A stretch of 64,000 nt of DNA, from contig CAWGLD010000001.1 in NCBI GenBank assembly GCA_963823335.1, forward strand, positions 1,792,001 through 1,856,000, in the 5' to 3' direction. The notes under the pieces were generated by a model. It was not told the DNA's origin and searched no databases. It saw only the letters and a list, made by a program, of their open reading frames with translations. This document shows positions 39,145 to 47,934 of this stretch, in pieces. This DNA comes from an uncultured delta proteobacterium. GTDB taxonomy: Bacteria > Desulfobacterota > Desulfobacteria > Desulfobacterales > B30-G6. A program made the position numbers and the translations under genes. Position 1 is the stretch's first letter, and every line of letters starts with the position of its first letter.

Positions 39145-40083
39145 ATGGGTAATGTTGATCAAAATCAAGCGCAAAGACAGACGAATGACTCAGTACTGCC
39201 GGACAGGGTCAGGATCATGGAGGTGGGCCCCAGGGATGGGTTGCAGTTCGAGAAAAAGATTCTTCCCACTTCACTGAAAGTCGATCTCATCACGGATCTT
39301 GTGGCGGCGGGATTGAAGGAGATTCAGGTGGCTGCTTTTGTAAATCCAGGCATCGTTCCACAAATGGCGGATGCAGATATGCTGGTGGCGCAGCTGCCGA
39401 AACAGCCAGGGGTTGTTTACAACGGGCTGGCCCTGAATGTCAAAGGAGTGGAACGTGTGGCTGCCGCTGGCTTGAAATCTATTGAGGTTTCTATGTCGGC
39501 CAGTGAGGCGCACAGCCGCAGGAACGTCAACATGACAATCAAAGAATCTGCGGCCCAGGTCGACGAGATGATACGTCTTTCTAAAGAACTGGGCCTGGCC
39601 GTCCGTGCAGGAATCCAGTGTGCCTTCGGGTACCCGGGTGAAGAATCTGTGCCCTTTGAACGAATTCGGCGTATCGTGGAACACTATATGAAACATGACA
39701 TCGAGGTTCTGAACCTGGGCGATACCACAGGCATGGCGGATCCGGGTAAAATCCATGCCTTCATGGAAAAAATGCGCCCGCTGGTGGGTGATCTGGATCT
39801 GGCACTTCACCTTCACGACACAAGGGGGCTGGGGTTGGATAATGTCCAGACGGCGATGAAATACGGGATTCGGCGCTTTGATGCCTCCCTGGCCGGTATG
39901 GGGGGCTGTCCGTTCGTGCCTGGAGCCGCCGGAAATGTCGCCACGGAAGACCTGGTCAACTTTTTGCACACCAGTCATGTCGAAACTGGTGTAGATATAA
40001 GAAAACTGGCGCGATGTTCCCGGAGAATGGAAGCTTTTTTCGAGAAACGATTTTCTGGCAGAATGCATCGATTGATGCTATAA
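39145..40083 (+). CDS. Hydroxymethylglutaryl-CoA lyase
   Basis: EVGPRDGLQ, HLHDTRG, GGCPFVPGAAGNVATED. Confidence 0.92.
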   Translation: MGNVDQNQAQRQTNDSVLPDRVRIMEVGPRDGLQFEKKILPTSLKVDLITDLVAAGLKEIQVAAFVNPGIVPQMADADMLVAQLPKQPGVVYNGLALNVKGVERVAAAGLKSIEVSMSASEAHSRRNVNMTIKESAAQVDEMIRLSKELGLAVRAGIQCAFGYPGEESVPFERIRRIVEHYMKHDIEVLNLGDTTGMADPGKIHAFMEKMRPLVGDLDLALHLHDTRGLGLDNVQTAMKYGIRRFDASLAGMGGCPFVPGAAGNVATEDLVNFLHTSHVETGVDIRKLARCSRRMEAFFEKRFSGRMHRLML

Positions 40084-40087
40084 ATGA

Positions 40088-40616
40088 AGGGTTCGAGGGT
40101 CTGAGGGTGATATGAGGGTTGGAGGGTTGGAGGGTGATACAAGGGTTGGAGGGTGGCTGACAGGTACAAGCGGACAGCGGCATTCCAGCTTCAGAGCATC
40201 CTGGCGTCCCAGCGTAATAAAGGTTCGAGGGTCTGAGGGTGATACGAGGGTTGGAGGGTTGGAGGGTGATACAAGGGTTGGAGGGTGGCTGACAGGTACA
40301 AGCGGACAGCGGCATTCCAGCTTCAGAGCATCCTGGCGTCCCAGCGTAATAAAGGTTCGAGGGTCCGAGGGTGATACAAGGGTTGGAGGGTGGCTGACAG
40401 GTACAAGCGGACAGCGGCATTCCAGCTTCAGAGCATCCTGGCGTCCCAGCGTAATAAAGGTTCGAGGGTCTGAGGGTGATACAAGGGTTGGAGGGTGGCT
40501 GACAGGTACAAGCGGACAGCGGCATTCCAGCTTCAGAGCATCCTGGCGTCCCAGCGTAATAAAGGTTCGAGGGTCTGAGGGTGATATGAGGGTTGGGTTC
40601 GAGGGTGATAAAAGGG
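40088..40616 (+). repeat. G-rich tandem repeat: four identical ~67-bp cores separated by GAGGGT-based 9-mer tracts
   Basis: Core GGCTGACAGG...CCAGCGTAATAAA starts at 40155, 40287, 40392 and 40497 (periods 132, 105, 105). Confidence 0.95.
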
Positions 40617-40629
40617 ATAAGAAGAGTAA

Positions 40630-40751
40630 GTCATTTACTTCGTGTAATTCATTGTAGCTGTTAGCTATAGGCAACAAGAAATGACGCGCGTAGCGCTAAT
40701 GTCGTCCGATAGGACAAATGACGCACGAAGTGCAGATGACATCCGAAGGAT
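40630..40751. repeat. AATGAC / mini-hairpin array element (copy A)
   Basis: AATGAC GCGC-GTA-GCGC, AATGTC GTCC-GATA-GGAC, AATGAC GCAC-GAA-GTGC, GATGAC ATCC-GAA-GGAT. Confidence 0.75.
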
Positions 40752-40757
40752 TGAGGT

Positions 40758-41309
40758 ATGCAGGAAATACGATTTCACGGGCGTGGGGGACAGGGGACAG
40801 TGGTGGCGGCGATTCTGCTGGCAAAGGCTTTTTTTCAAGCCGGGTTTCATGTCCAGTCTTTCCCTTCGTTTGGTGTGGAGCGGCGCGGTGCCCCGGTGGA
40901 AGCATACCTTAGAATCGGCTCAGAAAAAATTCTGGCGCGAACCACCATCACAACACCCCATCATATCCTGGTTCAGGATAGTCGTCTGATGAAAAGTGTA
41001 GCAGTCACCCAAGGCATGCAGCCGGGTGGCTGGGTGCTGCTGAATACACCGGCAGGCGCTGATTTCAGCCACCTGTTTTCAGACTTTCGCCTGGCATCCA
41101 TCGATGCAACCCGGATTGCCATGGAAAACGATCTGGGTACGCGGACCCATCCCATGGTCAACACGGCCATGATCGGTGCTTTTGCACGGATTCTGGAAGT
41201 GCCGCCCATCGATAGTGTCATGGATGTTATAAAGGCGGATATTTCCGTAGAGCCGGAAAAGAATGCCCAGGCCGCCTTAAAGGCCTTCGATACCGTAATT
41301 TTTTTTTAA
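40758..41309 (+). CDS. 2-oxoacid:acceptor oxidoreductase gamma subunit
   Basis: EIRFHGRGGQG, FGVERRGAP, NTAMIGA. Confidence 0.93.
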   Translation: MQEIRFHGRGGQGTVVAAILLAKAFFQAGFHVQSFPSFGVERRGAPVEAYLRIGSEKILARTTITTPHHILVQDSRLMKSVAVTQGMQPGGWVLLNTPAGADFSHLFSDFRLASIDATRIAMENDLGTRTHPMVNTAMIGAFARILEVPPIDSVMDVIKADISVEPEKNAQAALKAFDTVIFF

Positions 41310-41390
41310 ATCCCATATTCTTAAAATTTGAAACGCTCATCTTAGGTTCAGGATACACTAGGAGCCGGCAGACAGAAAAGGGGCTGATCA

Positions 41391-43139
41391 TTGGCGGGGA
41401 AGACAGAGAAGGAGCGCAATAGTCGACTGCATATTTCCCGGTCGAGAATATCATCGCGGATCAACAAAACAGGCTCGTGGCGATATATGAAACCGGTTTA
41501 TACCGGCAGGACCGCCCCCTGCAGTGCTGCATGCCCGGCTGGAGAAGATATTCCCCACTTGGAGCACCTGGCATCCCGGGGTCGATTCAGGGAGGCACTG
41601 GAAAGCATCCTGAAAGAAAATCCATTTCCCTCTGTTTGTGGCCATGTATGTTTTCACCCTTGTGAGTCAGCCTGTAACCGGTCTCATCTGGATGCAGCGT
41701 TGGCCATCCATGCGCTTGAGCGGTTTGTCGGCTGTTGGGGCACCAAGGAAAAGATACTGCCATCGATTCAAACAGCCCCAACCAATGGCAGACATGTGGC
41801 CGTGATCGGCTCCGGACCGTCCGGGCTCAGCGCGGCCTATTTTTTCCGCCGTCTGGGGTATCGCTGCGATGTTTACGAGTCTGAAAAAGAACCGGGTGGG
41901 CTGCTGCGCTGGGGGGTTCCCTCCTATCGATTACCCACCGCGATTCTAAAACACGAAATAGAACGGATTGAAAACCTGGGTGCCCGGATTTACTGCGGCC
42001 GCAAAGTTTCGGCCTCGTTTCTGCAGACAGCTGAAGAACGCTACCACGCGGTCTTTGTCGGATGCGGTCTTGCACGTCCGATCCGGATGCAAATTCAAGG
42101 TGATGCCCAGGCCCTGGACGGCCTTACATTCCTGAAGGATGTGCGCAAGGGTAGCAAGGATGTCTTCAGCGGTGTATCCGCCGTCATCGGGGGAGGCAAC
42201 ACCGCCATCGATGTTGCCCGCTCACTGGTTCGCTTGGGTTCGCACCCGATCATTTTTTACCGCAGACGAATTGAAGATATGCCGGCATTGGGAGAGGAAA
42301 TCGTTCTGGCACAGCAGGAGGGGGTGGAAATCCGGGAGCTGACCATCCCGGCCCGGATGGATAAAGACGCCCGGGGCATTACCCTGCAATTACAGAAAAT
42401 GGTGACCGATGGATTTGACCCGGGCAGCAACAGAGTGCGGGTAATCCCCATACAGGGTGGACAGGAAACCCTGCCCGTGCAGCGGGTGTTTACCGCCATC
42501 GGTGCTGAAGTGGAAAATTTGTGGCAGCAGACTGAGCACGAAAGTTGTTTACACCTGAGTCACTGCACCTTGACGAATGACGGCATTCCTGTCGCCCATG
42601 GTGGCGACCTGGTCAACCAGGTGCTGAGTGTCAGCGATGCCGTTGCATCGGGCAAACAGGCCGCCATGGCCATCGACAGCTGTTTCAAGGACGGATGGGC
42701 ATTTGTTGAAAAAAAACTGGCAGGTTGTCGGGTAGGCCAGGGTCCTGCGCTGTCCATGGAAAGCTATCTGATGAACGATGTCTTTCAGCAAAGACACCCG
42801 CAGATTGTCGGCTATCATGAGATCAATACAGCTTATTTTATCCCGGCGGACAGGACAGAGCCCATGGTCGAAGGGCCGGAAGAACGCAGGGCATCCTTTT
42901 CAGATTACCGATCTGATTTTACGACCCGGTCGGCATCCGACGAAGCCGACCGGTGCTTTAACTGCGGTATTTGCAACGATTGTGATAACTGCCGCCTGTT
43001 TTGCCCCGAAACAGCGGTTATTGTTGAAGATACCCGGAAGATCGATATGGATTACTGTAAAGGATGTGGCATCTGTGTTGTGGAATGTCCAAGAGGTGCC
43101 ATGACCCTGGAGGAAGCGGAGCATGAAACAGGTTCTTGA
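41391..43139 (+). CDS. GltD-like FAD/NAD(P) oxidoreductase fused to a 2-oxoacid oxidoreductase delta (2[4Fe-4S]) domain
   Basis: KTGSWR, CxxxCP, CGHVCFHPCE, GSGPSG, GGGNTAID, C-terminal CNDCDNC..CP and YCKGCGIC..ECP. Confidence 0.88.
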   Translation: MAGKTEKERNSRLHISRSRISSRINKTGSWRYMKPVYTGRTAPCSAACPAGEDIPHLEHLASRGRFREALESILKENPFPSVCGHVCFHPCESACNRSHLDAALAIHALERFVGCWGTKEKILPSIQTAPTNGRHVAVIGSGPSGLSAAYFFRRLGYRCDVYESEKEPGGLLRWGVPSYRLPTAILKHEIERIENLGARIYCGRKVSASFLQTAEERYHAVFVGCGLARPIRMQIQGDAQALDGLTFLKDVRKGSKDVFSGVSAVIGGGNTAIDVARSLVRLGSHPIIFYRRRIEDMPALGEEIVLAQQEGVEIRELTIPARMDKDARGITLQLQKMVTDGFDPGSNRVRVIPIQGGQETLPVQRVFTAIGAEVENLWQQTEHESCLHLSHCTLTNDGIPVAHGGDLVNQVLSVSDAVASGKQAAMAIDSCFKDGWAFVEKKLAGCRVGQGPALSMESYLMNDVFQQRHPQIVGYHEINTAYFIPADRTEPMVEGPEERRASFSDYRSDFTTRSASDEADRCFNCGICNDCDNCRLFCPETAVIVEDTRKIDMDYCKGCGICVVECPRGAMTLEEAEHETGS

Positions 43140-44283
43140 GGGGAGCCAGGCTGTTTCCGAAGCTGTTCGCCTGGCAAGGGTCCAGTTTGTTTCGGCCTAT
43201 CCGATTACGCCCCAGACACACATTGTGGAGGCCATTTCAGAGCACTGCGCCAGCGGGAGGCTGGCGGCACGGTTTATGTGTGTCGAGAGTGAGCACTCGG
43301 CCATGGCATCTGTTATCGGAGCCGCCAGCGGGGGTGTGCGGACCTTCACGGCCACGTCCGGCCAGGGGCTTGCCTACATGCATGAGCTGCTGCACTGGGC
43401 TTCGGGGGCACGGTTGCCCATCGTGATGGCCGAGGTCAATCGCGCGCTGGCACCCGGGTGGAACATCTGGGTGGATCAGACAGACAGTCTGTCCCAGCGG
43501 GATACGGGCTGGATTCAGTTCTATTGTGAGGATGGACAGGAGGTTCTGGACACGACCCTGTTGGCATACCGGCTTGCCGAGGAGATCAACCTGCCGGTCA
43601 TGGTCATATTGGACGCTTTTTTTCTTTCTCATACATATGAACCCGTGGATATTCCCGATCAGGAACTCGTGGATCGGTTTGTGCCTGCCATGGAGCCGAA
43701 AATCAGACTCGATACGGCTGATCCCCATGCCCTGGGACAGATGGTACCGCCTGGTGCCTACATGGAGATGCGTCATGATATTCAGCAGGCCATGCAGAGG
43801 GTCCCATTTCTGTATGAGCAAATGGAAAAGTTCTTTGAAGAATTGTTCGGCCGAACCTATGGTGATGTGGAAGCGGTTCAGTGTGACGATGCCGATATCG
43901 TTCTCGTCGTGAGTGGCACGGCAACGGGCACTTGTAGACAGGCCCTGTCTGATTTGCGTTCCCAAGGGGAAAAAGCCGGTATGCTGAAAATAAAAATGTT
44001 TCGCCCCTTTCCGGACGAATCCATATGCCGGGCACTGAAGAGTGCTTCCAAAATAGCGGTGGTGGATCGAAACTGCTCCTTTGGCGCCGGCGGAATTTTT
44101 GCACAGGAGATCCGATCAGCGCTTTGTAATCTTAAAAATGGACCGCCTGTCTTCAGCTATATTGCCGGTCTGGGTGGGCGTGATATCACCGGTGATACCC
44201 TGGAAGAGATCTATTTCCGGACGAAATCATCAGAGGTGCCTGAGATGCAGAGTGTGTGGATTGGACTCAGGCCGGAGACATAG
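43123..44283 (+). CDS. 2-oxoacid:acceptor oxidoreductase alpha subunit
   Basis: AYPITPQT, VESEHSA, FRPFP, GLGGRD. Confidence 0.94.
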   Translation: MKQVLEGSQAVSEAVRLARVQFVSAYPITPQTHIVEAISEHCASGRLAARFMCVESEHSAMASVIGAASGGVRTFTATSGQGLAYMHELLHWASGARLPIVMAEVNRALAPGWNIWVDQTDSLSQRDTGWIQFYCEDGQEVLDTTLLAYRLAEEINLPVMVILDAFFLSHTYEPVDIPDQELVDRFVPAMEPKIRLDTADPHALGQMVPPGAYMEMRHDIQQAMQRVPFLYEQMEKFFEELFGRTYGDVEAVQCDDADIVLVVSGTATGTCRQALSDLRSQGEKAGMLKIKMFRPFPDESICRALKSASKIAVVDRNCSFGAGGIFAQEIRSALCNLKNGPPVFSYIAGLGGRDITGDTLEEIYFRTKSSEVPEMQSVWIGLRPET

Positions 44284-44320
44284 GCGAGATATTAACCCGG
44301 CTACTAAATAGCCAAACTCC

Positions 44321-44427
44321 GTCATGCCGGACCCCCAATCGAGTTGAGGGCAGGCTTGATCCGGCATCCAGTGTTTTTCTGGATAGCGCTAAAGCTTCAC
44401 TTTGTGCCCCGCTTTCGCGGGAATGAC
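44321..44427. repeat. REP-like palindromic element with internal inserts
   Basis: GTCATGCCGGAC...TTGATCCGGCATCCAG...CTGGAT...CCCGCTTTCGCGGGAATGAC. Confidence 0.65.
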
Positions 44428-44487
44428 AACCGTAGGGTATTTATACCGCTTGTCATAATAATGTTCCGAAAATAGGATGACGGCATA

Positions 44488-44541
44488 AGGGGTTGTAGCA
44501 GAAAAAAGGTCCTCAATCGGAACGTTTTTCTGACAACCCCT
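44488..44541. repeat. Short inverted repeat, possible MITE/IS-end remnant
   Basis: AGGGGTTGT(AG)CAGAAAAA...TTTTTCTGACAACCCCT. Confidence 0.5.
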
Positions 44542-44591
44542 ATAACCGCCAGCGTAATAAAGAAGCTATACGTTTTTTTTCAAAACGAACC

Positions 44592-44677
44592 GCAGAATAT
44601 CGAACAAAAAAAATCGAATTTCGAAGTGTTTGTTTTACTTCAGCGGTTCGAAATTTCTTGTTCAATATTCGATATTT
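44592..44677. repeat. TCGAA-type imperfect palindrome
   Basis: AATATCGAACAA..AATTTCGAAGT / ACTT..TTCGAAATTTCTTGTTCAATATTCGATATT. Confidence 0.55.
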
Positions 44678-44702
44678 TCTTTTAAATTGGTGCAGCGACG
44701 TG

Positions 44703-45575
44703 ATGAATACTCAGAACCATCCCGACCTCATCCACCCCGGCCATGTGGCCTGCCCCGGCTGTGGTGCGGCCATCGCCATGAAATTTGCTCTCAGGGCCAT
44801 GGGACCCAAAACCATGCTTGTCATTCCTGCCTGCTGCTGGGGCGTCATTGCAGGTCCCTATCCCCAGTCGTCCCTGAAGGTCCCCGTGCTCCAGACCGCT
44901 TTTGCCACCGCGGGTGCCGCTGCCAGCGGTTTACGGGCGGCACTCGACATGAGGGGTGATTCAGAAACGGTTGTCATGGCCTGGGCTGGTGACGGCGGCA
45001 CTTTCGATATCGGACTGCAATCTCTGAGTGGTGCGGTAGAACGAAACGAAGATATCCTGTATGTCTGCTATGACAACGAAGCCTACATGAACACGGGTGT
45101 GCAGAGAAGTTCTTCAACCCCCTATGGGACGCGTACGACCACGACGCCCGGGCCGGGTTGGAAACGCTCGCGGAAAAAGAATATCGTCGAAATTCTGGCG
45201 GCTCACCGGATACCGTATGCGGCAACGGCCAGTATCGCTTTCCCGGAAGACATGATGCGCAAGTTCGAAAAAGCCCGGCAAATAAAATATGGCTCCCGAT
45301 TTCTGCACGTGTATGCGACCTGTCCCACCGGCTGGGGCATACCTTCCGAGAAATCCATCCATATTGCCCGACTTGCGGTTCAATGCAATATGTTTCCTCT
45401 CTATGAGGTAGAAAATGGCCTTGATTATGCGCTCAATTACCAGGGGAATGAACCCGTGGACGCGTACCTGGATGCCCAGAGACGGTTTCGGCATTTGAAC
45501 GAAGACGAGATTCAGTATATCCAGACAATGGTGGATGAGGACTGGGATCTCCTGATGCAAAAGGTTTCTCGATGA
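44703..45575 (+). CDS. 2-oxoacid:acceptor oxidoreductase beta subunit (TPP-binding)
   Basis: GHVACPGCG, GDGGTFDIG, DNEAYMNTG, CPTGW. Confidence 0.94.
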   Translation: MNTQNHPDLIHPGHVACPGCGAAIAMKFALRAMGPKTMLVIPACCWGVIAGPYPQSSLKVPVLQTAFATAGAAASGLRAALDMRGDSETVVMAWAGDGGTFDIGLQSLSGAVERNEDILYVCYDNEAYMNTGVQRSSSTPYGTRTTTTPGPGWKRSRKKNIVEILAAHRIPYAATASIAFPEDMMRKFEKARQIKYGSRFLHVYATCPTGWGIPSEKSIHIARLAVQCNMFPLYEVENGLDYALNYQGNEPVDAYLDAQRRFRHLNEDEIQYIQTMVDEDWDLLMQKVSR

Positions 45576-46153
45576 ACGTGTGGCCCATTACTCGTGCGAC
45601 AACGATCTGTGCCAGATGTTTCCTGGTATTTGTATGGAGTGTAACCCTGCAGCCGGCGGCGGCGGAACCCACGCCGTCGATTCAATTTCTTATGAGAGAA
45701 CCCGTGACCATGATGGACTGGGGCTTAAAAAACATCGAGGACCATCTCTACCGGCATCGACCCCTGTTTGTCCAGAGCGAAAAACCCCTGTTCGAACCGG
45801 AACCTAGCATCGCGGTTGTCTATAACTGGGAGCAAAACCAGATCCGGATATCCATAAGTCTTCGAACGTGCAAGCAGGTTCAAAAAACGTCACAGGGGCT
45901 TTCCGATATTCGTTCACATGTGGAATGGGTCATCAAATACCTGCGCGGATCTCTGACCATGAAACCCTACGATGCCTTTTTCAGACACAGGGGATTTCGA
46001 AGCAAGGAGAGTCCCCGGAGTCTTGAATCCGAACTGGCGGGTATGACGGAGCTGATCGTGAGTGTCCGGGACAGAGACGCCAATATTCTGAGTCGCTGTG
46101 AAGCATGGTTGACCGGAAGTGATATCGTGTGGTTAACTATAGGGGAACCTTGA
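45572..46153 (+). CDS. Hypothetical exported protein
   Basis: 193 aa, ATGA overlap, signal-peptide-like N-terminus ending AAA-EP. Confidence 0.65.
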   Translation: MNVWPITRATTICARCFLVFVWSVTLQPAAAEPTPSIQFLMREPVTMMDWGLKNIEDHLYRHRPLFVQSEKPLFEPEPSIAVVYNWEQNQIRISISLRTCKQVQKTSQGLSDIRSHVEWVIKYLRGSLTMKPYDAFFRHRGFRSKESPRSLESELAGMTELIVSVRDRDANILSRCEAWLTGSDIVWLTIGEP

Positions 46154-46242
46154 TACCACTAATCGAACAGTGTGGTTTTTCGATTTCGTATTTTCGTGTT
46201 AAATTAATACGGAACTATAAAGAAAAGTAAGGGGAATACCGC

Positions 46243-46440
46243 GACCGCTGGATAATCCCTGCTCGACTGTGAAAAACTCGTTCTAAAGTGACTGTAATAC
46301 CGAACAGCGCCAAAATATAAAGAAGCGTTTGTGCTAAACAGCCGTATTTGACTTCATATGATAAGCATCATACTGTCCGGCATAACAGTCATTAAAGAAC
46401 TCAGACAGTTTCACAGTCGCTCAGGGATCACCCATCGGTC
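46243..46440. other. 198-nt rod-like imperfect hairpin (candidate structured RNA or MITE)
   Basis: GACCGCTGGATAATCCCTGCTCGACTGTGAAA pairs with TTTCACAGTCGCTCAGGGATCACCCATCGGTC; a second ~28-bp stem lies inside. Confidence 0.65.
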
Positions 46441-46477
46441 CAAAACCTAAAACCTAAAACTTAACACCTTTATTATT

Positions 46478-47170
46478 ATGTTTTTAGAATGCAGCGATCT
46501 AACTTTTCGCTATCCCAACGGTTCCATGGACGTGTTCCATGGTCTGTCCTTCCAGATAAAGACTCCCGGATTCCATGCCCTGTTCGGTCCTTCCGGTGTC
46601 GGGAAAACCTCCCTGGCGCGAATCATTGTCGGCGACATCGCAGATTATTCGGGTGTTGTCAGGTCGGAAGGCATGCAGAATCTTCTCTATTCCTATAATC
46701 TGGAGAGGCTTCCTGACTGGTCGAGTGTCGGGAAACACCTCGAAAAGATAACGCCACCGTCCCTCAGGGACCGGAAAGATGAACTGATCGCTTCTTTTGA
46801 TATGACCCGAACCATGAGACTCAGATTTTCTCAACTTTCCCTTGGGCAGCAAAACCGGGTGAATCTGATACGCTATCTGCTGCAGGATTTTCACCTGCTC
46901 ATCATGGATGAAAGCCTGGCCAATGTGGACGAGCGAACACGGGAGAAGATCATATTGAGGATCAAGGACATGTTTCCGGACACCTACTTTTTGTACATCT
47001 CTCACAATGTGATCGAGGTTTCCAAATTCTGCCGGGAGATCCTGGTTTTTCGAAATCCCCAGAAATTGCCCCAGGTCATAACGGTTAACGGCCAGGATCA
47101 TAAACTGGGCCAGACCCTGGCCAAAGATCAACTGGAACAGACCATGCTGGAGATCATGCATGCTTCATAG
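46478..47170 (+). CDS. ABC transporter ATP-binding protein (NitT/TauT-like)
   Basis: GPSGVGKT, LSLGQ, IMDESL, SHN. Confidence 0.9.
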   Translation: MFLECSDLTFRYPNGSMDVFHGLSFQIKTPGFHALFGPSGVGKTSLARIIVGDIADYSGVVRSEGMQNLLYSYNLERLPDWSSVGKHLEKITPPSLRDRKDELIASFDMTRTMRLRFSQLSLGQQNRVNLIRYLLQDFHLLIMDESLANVDERTREKIILRIKDMFPDTYFLYISHNVIEVSKFCREILVFRNPQKLPQVITVNGQDHKLGQTLAKDQLEQTMLEIMHAS

Positions 47171-47909
47171 ACGCATCTATCAGTTTTTTATCATCTACCT
47201 GCTCGGACTGCTAATCCTGTTCAGCGTGAAATACCTCCTGGATCTTTCCGATTATGTCATTCCGGGAATCGAAGATCTGGTCCAGACGTTTCGAACCGTT
47301 TTTTTAAGGTACTTGTCGGACGTGGTGGATACTATATCCGTCGCTGTCATCGGGCAGGTCTTTTCCATTCTCATGGCTATCATCGTGGGTGTTCTGGGCC
47401 GGCAGACAACCTGGTTCGGATCTTTTATCAAGGTGGCGGCCTACAATGTCCAGGCCTATCCCATCGTGGCAATTGCACCGATTATTTTTATTCTGTTCGG
47501 TGACGGGTTTTTATCCAGGCTGCTGATTGCGGCCATGATCTGCTATTTCCCCATTCTGCTGTCCGTGCTCGGCATCATGTCGGAACCGGTCCATGATATC
47601 GAGCATTTTTACCGTGTTACCGGGAGAATGCGCTGGCAACTGGAGGTCAAGATACGGGCCTTTGAAAATCTGAATAAATTGACGACCGTCATATCCGGGA
47701 GTGCGACCCTTGCCATGGCAGGCACAATTGTTGCTGAATTTATTGCGGCAAATGCCGGAATAGGATATAGTATCCGTATTGCACTCTACCAAAGCGATCT
47801 GGCAAAAATTCTCACCGCTCTATTTTTGATCGGCATTACCCTGTCCGTATACCAGGGATTACTGGAGATTGTCGGGTATCTCGTAAAAAAAGGGTGGGCA
47901 AGTCACTGA
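47160..47909 (+). CDS. ABC transporter permease (NitT/TauT-like)
   Basis: Multiple TM helices, PIVAIAP, IVAEF...GIG. Confidence 0.88.
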   Translation: MLHRRIYQFFIIYLLGLLILFSVKYLLDLSDYVIPGIEDLVQTFRTVFLRYLSDVVDTISVAVIGQVFSILMAIIVGVLGRQTTWFGSFIKVAAYNVQAYPIVAIAPIIFILFGDGFLSRLLIAAMICYFPILLSVLGIMSEPVHDIEHFYRVTGRMRWQLEVKIRAFENLNKLTTVISGSATLAMAGTIVAEFIAANAGIGYSIRIALYQSDLAKILTALFLIGITLSVYQGLLEIVGYLVKKGWASH

Positions 47910-47934
47910 AGTTTATTCTATTTTTAATAGGAGA

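Noticed and set aside
40088-40616. CRISPR array
   Set aside because: Intervening segments are identical or simple-repeat rather than unique spacers, the period is 105-132 bp, and there are no cas genes
39956-40677. Repetitive ORFs on both strands across the tandem repeat
   Set aside because: Open only because unit lengths are multiples of 3; no convincing RBS, and several overlapping frames are equally open
46154-46477. TPP riboswitch upstream of the NMT1/THI5-like transporter
   Set aside because: The conserved CTGAGA and ACCTGA core motifs are absent
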